Source: Eukaryota sp. GEM-RC1
Lineage: Eukaryota
Reading direction: 5' to 3'
Length of the DNA stretch: 64,000 nt
Assembly: GCA_040285855.1 (NCBI GenBank)
Contig: JAUFOQ010000001.1
Coordinates: forward strand, 2,046,001 to 2,110,000
Position 1 is the first letter of the stretch. Every line of letters begins with the position of its first letter. The notes below the pieces were generated by a model. The model did not search any database, was not told where the DNA came from, and was given only the letters and a program-made list of their open reading frames with translations. This document shows, piece by piece, positions 40,591 through 52,400 of this stretch. Made by a program: the position numbers and the translations under genes.

Positions 40591-41532
40591 CTGCGGTAAG
40601 TGATCATCCAGAGTACAGTTCTGGATTACTTGGAGATGGAGTTGTCTAGGGTCAGTTTTCGAACCAAAGATAAGCTCGCAGGGAGTGAAATTAGTAATTG
40701 AACTGGTTCTGGTGTTCAGGATCAGTTGGGTGATGGGTATGTATGTGCTCCAATTTGAGTGAGCTTGTAGGTCAATGAGCAGGCGGCGAAGGGTCTGGAG
40801 AACTTCACGGTGTCTTCTTTCTACTAGTCCATTTGACTGATGGAAGTAGGGAGTTGAAAACTGTTTTCCAATGTTAAGAAATAAACATAAACTTTTGTTG
40901 ACAGCGTTAGCGAATTCCGGGCCGTTGTCACTCAGGATTTGTGATGGGATCCCGTAGTTTCCGACTACATTCCAGAGAATGGAATACGCTACTTTTTGGG
41001 CGTTGAGTACTTTCAGGGGTACTAAAATGGAGAACCTGGACAAAGAGCACACAAATACTAAGATGTATTTGTAATCTTCTGAATCTGGGGAAAGCGGTCC
41101 AATCACGTCGGCATGTAAGCATTGGAAAGGGCGGTCTGACCAAAGATTTCCAGAAGAGGGAAGCTTTAGTTCCGGGGCAGGAGCGGTCTTTTGGCATGTG
41201 ATACAGTTCTTTACGTGAGACTTCATATCGTAGAGGTAGTTAGGCCACCAGTAGTCGCTTCTCATTAGGGCAGAGACGGAGTCTTTCTTGGATGGGTGTC
41301 CTGCTCTAGTGGATCCATGAATAGTCAGCAGCAAATGTTTTTTCAGAGAATCAGGGATGACAAACTTCTTCTTCCTGTGATTCCAGGTGAGTACATAGAT
41401 TTTGTCGTTGGCTGTCATGGAGATAAGTTCTGTGTCGGTGGTCATGGTGATGTCGTTGTCTTTAGTTGTTCTTGGGATAGTAGTTTCAACCAGTCGTTGA
41501 ACACATGACTGGGATCGAGGATCTGCGTCCAA
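40591..41532 (-). pseudogene. pol: Integrase (HHCC + rve), truncated
   Basis: HADVIGP, SDNGPEF, SNGLVERRH. Confidence 0.9.
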
Positions 41533-42581
41533 GAGGTCTCTTCGGGGAGATCACTGTCGGAGCTACTCAGGGGGTTGTGGGACAAGGGGTCAATAGTTAA
41601 CCGTTCGGCGAACAGGTTGTCCTCATCGATTTCTGGTTCAATGGCTCGGGAGTCATCAAGGGTGGCAATCATGATGTCAAAGGGTCCTTCGTCGGGGTGA
41701 GCGGAATCAGTACAAGGGCTGTAGTATCCAGCGTTATCATGGATACCTACATGGTCAAAGTTCGGAGGAGCTGAGGGAATGTCGGTTCTAGGCTTAATAC
41801 TAATATTAATTGGAGGGTTCCAGGGACCAGGTAGTTCGTTGCGCAGGTTGTCAACGAGCCGTGTATCCTTGGGCGATTCTCCGAGAAATTGTTCGTACAG
41901 GTCATCTTCGTCTTCTGAAGAGACTGAAATAATAGCAGAGGTAGAGGCGGAGTTCGTGATTTTTAGGAATTCAGCGGTGTCGTGGATCAAATGTGGAAAA
42001 AGGCGGTAGCTAGCACCAATTGCTTCAATCGAGGGAAGGTCTTCAAGCATTGGGGAATGCTCATCATCTACGATGACGATGGGAGACTCATCAGAGCTGC
42101 TGAGATCTATATGATCTGGTACGTCAGTCATGTAAATACGAAATTCATCATCTGAGTCGGTGGATGGCAATTGGCACATGTGTCCATCATCGTCGATGTA
42201 GAGACCATTTCCTCTTAGGTGATCATGGAAATAATGGTCTTCTATTTCGTTTTCAACTAGGGCTACAGTGGCATCTCTTTCCAGTTGCAAGCGGAGTTGT
42301 TCGTCAGCGGATTCTTTGATTTCGGCTTCTAGGGCGTTTATGTACTCCTGTTCTTGTTCATGAGCTTCCATGAAGGCGTCTTTTCTATCCCAGAAAAGCT
42401 GGACTTGCTCATCTCTGCTAAGTCCCTCACTATCCTTGATGAACCTTTGCATCATCTGCGTCGACGTTTGAAACGTTGCTCCAGAAGCCCTGTTTGAAAC
42501 AGGTCCCGAGGGTTGATGAGAAGTCTGTGGAGAGGATAACCTACTATCCTCTGCCATCAAGTGTCTCCCCCTCGACTGCAT
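41442..42581 (-). CDS. Acidic/coiled-coil segment between RNase H and integrase (unknown function)
   Basis: 379-codon open frame; its 3' end is conserved in the other copy at 6465+. Confidence 0.6.
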   Translation of the reverse strand: MQSRGRHLMAEDSRLSSPQTSHQPSGPVSNRASGATFQTSTQMMQRFIKDSEGLSRDEQVQLFWDRKDAFMEAHEQEQEYINALEAEIKESADEQLRLQLERDATVALVENEIEDHYFHDHLRGNGLYIDDDGHMCQLPSTDSDDEFRIYMTDVPDHIDLSSSDESPIVIVDDEHSPMLEDLPSIEAIGASYRLFPHLIHDTAEFLKITNSASTSAIISVSSEDEDDLYEQFLGESPKDTRLVDNLRNELPGPWNPPINISIKPRTDIPSAPPNFDHVGIHDNAGYYSPCTDSAHPDEGPFDIMIATLDDSRAIEPEIDEDNLFAERLTIDPLSHNPLSSSDSDLPEETSWTQILDPSHVFNDWLKLLSQEQLKTTTSP

Positions 42582-43062
42582 CCAGCACCGTAGACGAGCA
42601 CATCAGAATGCTAGGGTTAACAGAAGAGGGTTCGGGGAAGCATCGAGAAATCAAGTCAGCGAAGTGGTTGTCTTCACCAGCGGTATGGACAAGTTCGAAT
42701 TCAAAGTTAGCAAGGATGTGGATCCATCGGGTGACGATCCTGTTCTTTTCGGGAGCTGAGATTAAATAAGATAAGTTTTTGTGGTCACAAAATAACGTAA
42801 ATCTTTTGGTTAAGAGGAAAGAAGATAATAGGGACAGAGTCAGGGTGGCCAGGATGGCGTATAACTCTTCCTGGATGGTAGGCCAATTTCTTTGGCTGTC
42901 TGTGAACTTCTTGCTGTAAAAGCAGAGAGGTCTGGTCTTCCTTTCGATAAGGGGGGTTCCAGTCGGGCAGTCTTCAATTTGTTCCCAAATAATTCCGGAA
43001 AGGCCTACTTCAGAGGCGTCGGTGGAAATCAAAATGGTAGCCTTGGGGTCAGGCAGGTTCAA
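42544..43062 (-). pseudogene. pol: Retrotransposon RNase H
   Basis: ISTDAS, EELYAI, CDHKNL, NHFADLISR. Confidence 0.9.
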
Positions 43063-43079
43063 GGGTATGTTACTGGAAA

Positions 43080-44133
43080 TTAGTTTTAAAATTTCTTTGA
43101 AGCACGTTTCAGTTTCAGCGGTCCAGATTATCTTGTTAGTTTTTCTCAGAAGGTTGGAGATTGGTTCCAGAACAGAGGCTAGGTTGGGGATCCAGTCTCT
43201 AATGAAATTGATGGATCCAACGAAACTTCTGACTTCCGATAGGGTCTTAGGTCTAGGAAGTGAGCAGATAGCTTGGATCCGATCTGGGCTGATCGATCGT
43301 TGAAAATTTTGAAAAACGCTACCTTAAATCTCAATTTTGCTCTTGTAGGTGATAAAGTCGCATTTGCGGAGGCCAAATCTAACTCGTTTGTCACCAGCTT
43401 TCAAAAGGATTTTCCTGAGCTTAGAAAGTAGATTTGGGAAGTCATCAGAACATACAATTATATCGTCAATATAAATGAAAATGTCTTCATCAGCGAAGAA
43501 AGAGACCATTAAATTTTGAAAGAATGCTGGGACATTCTTCAGTCCAAAAGCAGTACGGGTAAAAGAAATAGAGCGTCCGGGAATAGATAGCGAAGCTTTC
43601 TTTACGTCATCTGGGTGAAGTTTGACTTGCCAGAAGGCTTTAGGTAAGTCAAGGGTAGCAATATATTTAGCCTTTGATAGGACAGGCAGGATATCAGCGA
43701 TTTTAGGCAAATTGGCTTCCAGAGTGAGAGAAAGATCATTGATTCCATTCTTGCCACTGAAATCTCCGGTCAAACGAGGGGCCTTGTCAGTGTAGGTCAC
43801 TGAACAGATGGGTGAGGACCATTTGGTCTCTTTAAGTACGGCAAATTTCTTTTTTAAGAAGGTCGTCAAATTCTTTGTTTGCAATTTCTAATTTTTCGGG
43901 GCTGAGGTTCCTGGGGGGCGGCTTACAATTTTGGATTCGTCTGCGAAGGGGATTCTCATCGGTTCACAGTCGATGGCTTCTGGGTGAGGCAAGTCACTAA
44001 AGACGTCACTGAATTCAGCAAGGAGGTCAATTAAAGCTTCTTTCTCGACGGGGGGAAGTTCTATTCTGGTTTTCTTCTGTTCAAGTTGTTGCTTAAATGA
44101 GTTAATTGGGGAACTAGGATTAGTAGCAAACAC
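43080..44133 (-). pseudogene. pol: Reverse transcriptase (frameshifted)
   Basis: WSSP, LDLPKAFWQV, FGLKNVPAFFQ, YIDD. Confidence 0.92.
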
Positions 44134-44134
44134 T

Positions 44135-44840
44135 TCAGGGGGGAGCAGTCATAAACTGGTCAAAAGCAGTTTCAGCAGAGATAAATCTTCGATGTTCTTC
44201 GTCAAGTTTGATGTACACACCGTTGGCATCCATAAGACCTAGTTTGGTCAGGATGTCACAACCGATTAAGAGCTGGTTTTGGCCTGGTAAGATAGGCAGG
44301 GTGGACTTCAAGTGTACTTTCTTGGCTGGGCCTTCGAAGAGAAAAATAAGGTAGCCACAAGCAAGGCCGGGGGAGTAAATTCTAGACTGGTTAGCTAGGA
44401 AGATTGGAATTTGTTTTTCAGAGATTTCCATGTTAGCATTTGAGGCAATGTCTTGAGTGATACAAGAAGTCTTAGCGGCAGTATCAATGGTACCCATAGT
44501 AGGTACTCCATTGATTGTAAGATTGATTTTTAGGAAATCATTTTTGTTGGAGATTTTTGTTGAAGAGGGGGATGAAGTTGGATAAGTGGATACTGCATTT
44601 ACAGAATTACTCTGTGAATCATCAATCCCAAGGTCTACGGGGAGACAGAGGGAAATGTAATCCACGAATTCTGGAGCAGGTAAAGAGGTATCTACTGCGT
44701 TAACTTGGCGTTGGTTAGAAGAGCGGGTATTGGGTCGACGATTAATGGTGGGTTCTCTTTGATTTCTGCGATGGACAGGCTGACTTCGTGGTTGGTCTCT
44801 TGGAACGCTTCGTGGGGGATTTTCACGAGCAGGGGGGTCT
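44135..44840 (-). pseudogene. pol: Gag C-terminus and aspartic protease
   Basis: 'INGVPTMGTIDTAAKTSCI' and 'LLIGCDIL'. Confidence 0.85.
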
Positions 44841-44899
44841 AGGAGAGCAATGTTGTTGGGCGGGATATTGAGGAGTGGATAAGGGGCGGTGAAATCGAC

Positions 44900-45833
44900 T
44901 CGCACGGCAGCTGGGATCTGGACAGTCGGCTTTGACATGTCAAGGCTCCTTGCAGTAAGCGCAAGTGAGGTGAGAAGAAGAGGAGTGAGAGGGTCTAAAG
45001 GAGCGAGGTTGAGTTCTGGGTTGGCGGTTAGTTGTTCGACTGGGAGCTGGTTGTTGAGGACGGGGTTCTTCAAGAGAATAGGAGAGCTGCATTGCTGCGA
45101 AAAGTTGGCGGGTGAGAGATAAGATTTCGTCGAGAGAAGTAATTCTCCCGTTTTTAAATGAAGAGAAGACACGAGAAGAGACGGAAGAAGGAGTGATGCC
45201 CTTGATAAAGGAGGACATGAAGTGATCTTCTTTGAAAATCAGGTGGGAGATCTGTTTCTTAAGGTCTTGAAACCTTAGAACGTAGTCTGCTAAGCGCATG
45301 GAGGACTCTTTTATAGAGGGGTTCATACTGATCTTCGAAAGCAGGCGGTCGGCGAGAGCTTCATCATGAATGAGCGAGTTGGAGTAGATCCACGCGAGAA
45401 GCTGTTCGTTGTCTTCCTCAGCTTCGGGGCAGAGGAGAGGAATAGCGGATAAAAGGCGTGGGCTAATAAAGCGTCGGATAACGGAGATAAGAGAGTTCAT
45501 CTCTGGCGGGACAGAGACTTCGGATGGGTCGGGACAGAACTGTAGCATAGGGGAGCGAACAATTCTGGAGGGAGGTACAGCTTCAGCTAGTACTGCTTCG
45601 TTACCTTCGTCTTCTGACTCGGTAGCGGACTCGAACTCTTCGACTTCGGCGACAGCAGGGCGGTACAATGCTTCGGAAGCCTGGAGGGCAGCGGCGTAAG
45701 CCTGGAGGTCATCCAGAAACTTACAAGACTCAAGACGGGAGGTTTCGTTCAGGAGAGGAGCTGAGAGTGAGTTGGTTGAATGGGGATTGCCCACAGTAAT
45801 TACTGTTGGTCTTTGTGCACTATAATGGGACAT
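44900..45833 (-). pseudogene. gag: Gag with nonsense codon inside the zinc knuckle
   Basis: Frame reads CAYCKEP*HVKADCPDPSC (TGA at 44942-44940 in place of Gly); ATG at 45833. Confidence 0.8.
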
Positions 45834-45933
45834 ACTATGTAGAGGAGAACCTTTATAAGGAGAAGAACCTCTATAGATGTAAGGGGGAAGATAAAAACCT
45901 AATATGAAATTACACAAATCTACAACTACAACA
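45804..45933 (-). repeat. 5' LTR (130 bp)
   Basis: TGTTG...CAACA termini, internal TATAAA, homology to 8173-8301. Confidence 0.92.
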
Positions 45934-46695
45934 GTAAGATTAGACTTGTATCGTGTGGATGGATCAATGACATCATTGAGAATACTGTACAACGAGAATC
46001 TTGAACGTTTACTACAGGCAGTTAGTTTGAGCTTAAGGAGATCATGGATCCCTGCTGATGGTAGTTTGGTAAACCTAGAATACTGCGAAATTTCGGCCGA
46101 AGAGCGTTCAAGGAAGAAGTAAGTATAAAAAGCACGAACTCGTATCAGAAGTTGTGTGACGAATAATTTCTTTAAAGTATACCTTTTGTAGATTTGCTAG
46201 AGGATTAAATTGATCAACAATTGTCCGTCCTGTTAATTTTGGGAAAAAAGTGATCCAACATATCCTTCACTTTGACTCAACAGCCATCCATGATGTATAC
46301 GAATACACACGATCGGGATAAACGTATTCACTAGTGATCCCAAAGTTCAAGTATTGAAACGCTTTTAATTTAAAATATTACACTTGGTAAATCTGTGAAA
46401 TTTAAAAATCACTGCCAGTTTGGTCCTCAAAATCTTACATCACATGGCAAAAAAATTAGACCTCAAATATTCTCAGTGTGACTATAATCCAAACAGACAA
46501 GTTCGTAAATAACTGTTAGTTTAAGAGAAATGAAGTATTTATGAGAATCCTGGAAGTTTCTTCATTGAAATAGAGATTAGGCTGATGTTTGAACACCTTA
46601 AATGATTTAATAGCTGGGGATCAATTTCAAACGATGTCATGACCATTACAAACAAATTTATTTCTACAATGTATATGTACAAACTATGAATCCAT

Positions 46696-47014
46696 CTAGC
46701 AAAAATTGAACCATTTACAGGCTGCTCTTGTGCAATCGGAAGGACATGCACCTTGCAGGAGAGCATTGCAACCAGCATTACACGCTAAGATTAGAGATGT
46801 AGAAGTTGAACAAACCAGCCATAAATGTTCCTGTAGGAGAACAAGCGACAGCGCATCCGCTAGCTTCGGCAACACTATAAATAACACGGAGGACACGGGC
46901 GCAAGTATCACATTCAGCATTAGAAGCGTCAGTATTTTCATGTGGATAGACAGGAGTCTGCCATTCTGCGAACACTGCAGCAAAGAGAAGAGCTATCAGG
47001 AGTGCTTTGAACAT
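46696..47014 (-). CDS. Secreted 10-Cys saposin-like small protein, paralogue A (95 aa; exons 47014-46816 and 46784-46696)
   Basis: Signal peptide MFKALLIALLFAAVFA; removing the 31-nt intron GTTTGT..CTAATCTTAG joins two ORFs: ..CDTC..CAVAC..CNAGC..CPSDC..CKWFNFC*. Confidence 0.82.
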
Positions 47015-49497
47015 GAACAAAGAAGTTTTGATAAATCAACACTGTTTTATTGATAATCACGATCATCCATCATCAGTGTGCTTCTTTAAACAACACTTCT
47101 TTAAAAAACAGTACACTAGTCAAACATCCATGCGTAAATCATCCTAGTAGTGTTTTGACGAAGTATACTACTTCTCATTAGCCAGAAGCAGCACTGCTCC
47201 TAAACAACAAACAGTCAGAACTGTGTTTCTTTCTCATGACTGTCTGTAATGGTCAGATCTCTTAAGCCACGTCAATACATCTTCTTCCCATGTCTCCTCT
47301 ACAACTTTATCTGTCTCTTTCAAAAACAGGTACAATGTAGCTTGTGTAATGTTACTTTTACCCCTTCCAATCTCATTTCTACGATCCTACTCATCTTACC
47401 TTTCTGACAATGTCTTTGTAACTCATGTACTCTCTCTGTATCATCTTATCGTGATAACAGACCTATCCTCTCCACTGCTATCTCAATAACTTCTTCAGAA
47501 CGCCAGTGATTTGAGTCAAAGTTTTGTGACTTACCAGTTACATCGAACCTCATCTCAACACTAATCCTTCCTCTCTCACATCTTCCCTCTGCAATTATTT
47601 CTAGGATCCCCTCCCCTCACATTACAATGTCTCTTCCTATTACTCTTCCAGCTCTTCCCAAGTGTTCCAGGGCCAGTTGTTTTTCCTCTGTTCAATGAAA
47701 TCCTGATCAAAAGTTGAATTGCTCTCACCCTGGATTGTGTTATGTACCTCAAACTGGACGATTGAAAGTTTATGGATCTGGATTCCATATAATGGCTTCG
47801 TCCCAAACTTCGGGATACCAGACTCGAGTATCTGTTTCTTGTGTAGAATTGTACTCGTAGGCTTTTTTCAATTCAGTGAATAAAACTAAGCAAATGTATT
47901 TACCAAAAAGTTAGCTTCTTAATTAAGGCTTTTTTAAAGATAAGGTTGGACAGGTCAAAGTCTTGTCCTTATCTTGATTTTTGACCTTTGTTTCATCTCT
48001 TGATTTGTTACATTGAATGAATACATTGTCTGTTTTTTAGATGATTAGTTTATGTGAAGTTATTGCTTGTGCTTAAACTCAAAGAGATCAAACAGTACCG
48101 TTCAAAACCCGATTCTAATCATGAATTAAGACATTCTTTAAACATTAGCTGGGGTGTCTACTTTCACAAAGCATAGTAAATTTGTAAGTACAAAACCAGC
48201 GAGGAAACAATCGTCATAATCAGAGTCAGATGAAAGTCGACTAACTTCTTTCTCTGATGAAGATTAGTTAGACATCTTCACTAGCATATGATGAATACAA
48301 AGTTGTTCAGTTTTGATTATGATAGAATATACAGTTTTCTCAATCATTACTTCGTCCTTTTCTAAGATCAGTTTACCAGTGAAAGACACGTGTAGCAACT
48401 CAAATACAGAAGATGAAGGTGAATGAAGAAGCGAACTAGTGAGGGAGATTTCATTTACTGACATCAAATGAATGGCCTGAATGTAATGAATTTATAAACG
48501 ATTCAAAAGTTGTAGCAATGATTGTGTTATCCAAAAGTTCTTGCTCTAGACAGTTGAGTCCACTAGTAGACAGTCTTAGTGCTGACGATCTAGCATATTT
48601 TGATGAATCCTTTGTTTGTCCAAGAATAGCGGATTTTGTTTGATTCTGTGATGAATCCAAATTGGAACACGATTGTAAGTACTATGTGCAAGTTAATCGA
48701 TATCCTACATCAATGGTTGTCGGGACCGAACTTAACTCCTCTTTACCGTTATTTGATTGCAAATCACTCAGCACTTAATTCTAAAGATATTAATTGTTCC
48801 AAACTCTGCGATATTGACTTTTTACAACTACCAACTCTTCCTAACGATCCATGGAGATTGATCTTTGTACGTGTAATTGAAAGTTCTAGCTTGAATGAAA
48901 TTGAACTAGCTGCTGTTACAAAACATTTGGTGGGGACTTGTTTAACTAGACAGGATTTCCTTCCAATTCCTAGAAAGTTTTCACTATTTGACAAGTTTCC
49001 CAAAAGTTTGTTCTTTAAGGCCGATGATCCTCTTAAACTTTACTTCGGGACAACAGACCCTGACATCTGTTTTTCGTGTAGAATTGTATTCTTAATGTTT
49101 TTTGAATTTATGGAATATAAATAAATCATTGTCTTTACCACACAAATTGGCTTTACTTTAGTGCTATAATAATAAAGTGTCGCCAGTATGAATTTGGATG
49201 ACAAATCTTGCCTATTAAAAAAGGGTCATACTAAAAGGACTACGGAAATACACTAGCACCATCTCAGAATCTCTCTTACCCACCCTACATTTGTTTATGA
49301 TACACAGTACAGCTCTAAACTGTTACACAAATGAATGCAACATTGATCTGATGGACACAGTCTTACCCGTTTGTAGACGTCCTATATAATCTTGAAACAA
49401 GATGAGATGAGACACATGAAATAGAGTTAATGATCCAATGATAAGCGTTAAAACATGTATATGAAGAACAACCATCATTTCCAGAAACTTATGTAAG

Positions 49498-52400
49498 AGT
49501 AGAGACATCAAGAAACAAGGATGAAGTGATCACGAGAGACGAGTGATTGATAGTCCACGCGCAGATACAAAGACAGATGATGGAATGAAGATCATATGAG
49601 AGTAGAAGGCGAGGTCACACGGCGTAAAGACGGGGTCAAGTGTTGAAGTTCATACTTGATGGAGTGAACGAAGAAGTTCGTCCTCAACATGAACGTTTGC
49701 TCTCTAGTCATTCCTTCTGTCTACCTCCTGAGTCTTAACAGTTCTATAATATTCGTCATTCTTCCCTTGTCATCACTACGTTGCTCATTTTCTCGTATTC
49801 TGATGTTTCTTCTCTGGGTAGGTTCGTTCTTTCCCTTTACGTTCTGATGTACGTCCAAATGTACAACTCTGTCTTGCGGTTGTACATGATGCTTGAGTTT
49901 CAGTCTTCCTTTTCCGATTTACCCTCTCTTTCTACCCGTCCTCACTTATCTCCATGCAAGCTTACTCTTCGTCGTGTAATAACTCATATTCCGAATAGTC
50001 GTTCTCTAGATCATCAACAAAAACCTTAAACTTGTCTTGGTCTTGATCTCTCTCGACATCACTCATCACTGAGATCATTCCATTGATGTCCTTGTTACCG
50101 ATTTTTCATCCTTAGAATCTGTCGTCTCACTGATCACTTGTTCAAACCATACTCACTGGAAATACTTCTGAGACGACCAAACGTCTCTCCTCATTGTAGA
50201 TACAACTTTATTCCTAGTTTGGTATTCATCAGTATTATACTAGTGATAAGAGAAACTTGAGGGATTCGTCTCTTGTATCATCAAATTTTACATTGATGAT
50301 GTCTTCGTTGACATTTGCAGGAATATTTACTAAGTTTTATTGTTTCTTCATCAACTAGTCAAAAATCTGTGTTTATGTTGATTCAGTTTTTCGTTTTAGT
50401 GTAGTTCTTGTCTGTGGCTGAAGAAATGTCTTCCACTCAGAACTTCATCCCCCTTTATCTGTTGACAACTTAATCAGTGGAATGTTCACTTGATATCTTA
50501 CCACAGAAATTTAGTTTATTTTTTTATACTACATACACGACTTCGAAAAAGGCCAATTGTTTTGTTTAATTTTGTTGTGGTTTTCACATGAAGTATGATC
50601 ATTCTGGGCTCCTCAAAACTAGCCCCATGAGTACGAATACGAACAGATTCCAGGCTGTGTAACCTGCAGAGGGGGAACAAGAATACTAAATCAAGACAAC
50701 AATTCACCAGTAGAGTATACTAAATCCAATTCTACTACTCAATGAATTTAATATTCTGATGAAAAGAAAGAGCACACAGAACAAAAAAGTCACAGTCGAT
50801 GATGATTTTAAAGTTACAGCAAACCCACTACATTGGTGGGGTTTTCATCAATTTTCGGACAAATGGTTTGTTTATTACAAAGTTGATGACCTTTGTGGCC
50901 CTTTGTCAGAGAAAAACAATTGAAGGGATTTTGTGACTAGACTCTGATGTACAGTTGTCTTTAAAAAACAATTCATTGTATGAATACCAATAGCACAACG
51001 GATTCCACGAATGTGCTTGAATTTGAAGGTTTGGTTCATAGCAGCGTTCATATAATGTTGTGCACCATCAGTAATAACTAGATTGACATAATGGCTGCCA
51101 ATATGATCAATTATTTCATTGAACATCATTGTTAAAAACTCTTCGTCTTTGCGATCGTCGATATCGTATATAGCTTCAAGGAATAGGCTTTCTTTAGCAG
51201 CAACTAAACAAAAACTAATCACAAGAAGAGAAACTGAGACACTTTGTATTCACTTAACCTCAGGGATTAAAGAGGCCTCTTTTGTGTTAAAAAATACAAT
51301 TAGTTTGTCGAGGAGCGGAGTTTTGTCTGGTTCCGTAGGTTCTGTTGACCGTTGGGTTCCTTCGATTGTAGGGTTTTTTCTTAGGTTGATCTTTAGGTTT
51401 GGGGTTATTAGAGAATTTGTTGGAGGGGCTAAGTTTGCTTCTTTTGCATTCCGGGTCACGGCAGAAGTCGCTAGTGTGTCCGGGTTTCTTACAAAAGTTG
51501 CAGAAACGGACGGATGAAGGGGAATTCTAAGGGGGAGAAGAATAAAAGTTAGGTGTGCGAGAGGGAGATTTAAAGAAATTCATGCTTGTTACTGGTGTGA
51601 GCAAACTTCAGACATATGATGGTAATTTTTCTCATGATACGTAAGTAAGGGAAAACATATTAATAAGGCCATTCATTCTGCTGCTATTTCCACCTACTAT
51701 AGATTGGTCTTTTGCACGAAGGTTCTGTACATCCTTAGAAGTGATGTATGTGCCTGGAAAATGTGCCTCAAGTATGGAAGTGACTCTCTTAGGTGGAACC
51801 ATGTCTAAGAGAGGAAGATGTTTATGGGATTCTGTAGACTTGTTTTGAGAAGTTTTCCCACCAAAAACCAGTAGAATAAGAGAGTATTTGTTTGTTTTGT
51901 AAGTACAGTCCAACGTATAGACAAACCTGTATCTTCTGCCTAATTCAACTGCTGTTTGATGAGCGATAAAGAAGTATTCCAGGTTGGTATTCCTTGCTGA
52001 ACCTGCTTGACTTTGTGAATGGGAACAAACCCAATCCAGTGGATGTTTACGACAACTGTAAAGAAGTTGAGCAGTAAGAACAAGAACAATGGAATTGAGA
52101 TTGTTCACAGTAGCTAGACGGATGGAATTAGCTGAAATGTTTTTAACACGATGAACAATGCTGAAGAATCACTTGCACTTTACTTCTTTTTTTAAGCAAA
52201 AATATCAATAACACTCATCTCCCAAATCCATATTTCACTAACCACTCAAATGGAAATTGATATCACATTAAACACTCATAGACCCTTTATCATTTACATA
52301 TTACTTTATATGTAGGAGACATATTTGCATCAAAAAAACGTTGTTTAGATGTAGCAGAGTACTTGAATGATAACCCCCAGTGGCTAAAAAATCTAGCAGG

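Larger units (their letters stand above)
40591..45933 (-). mobile_element. Ty3/gypsy chromovirus, 3'-truncated (LTR-gag-PR-RT-RH-spacer-IN)
   Basis: Domain order PR-RT-RH-IN; LTR shared with 8173-8301; several stops and frameshifts; breaks at 40591 against the hAT fragment. Confidence 0.93.

Noticed and set aside
16735..44942. Alternative genetic code (TGA read as sense) suggested by TGA in DG*TD and in the Gag knuckle
   Set aside because: The two sites would need different residues (Trp vs Gly), both are single-base changes in decayed TEs, and both MTase copies end at TGA
6461..45933. The two LTRs as ends of one giant or rearranged element
   Set aside because: They are on opposite strands, both copies contain the same integrase region, and the flanks (CTTAC vs AAAAC) give no TSD
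49323..49511. Walker A-like 'IGRLQTGKT'
   Set aside because: Short ORF abutting a repeat, with no other NTPase motifs
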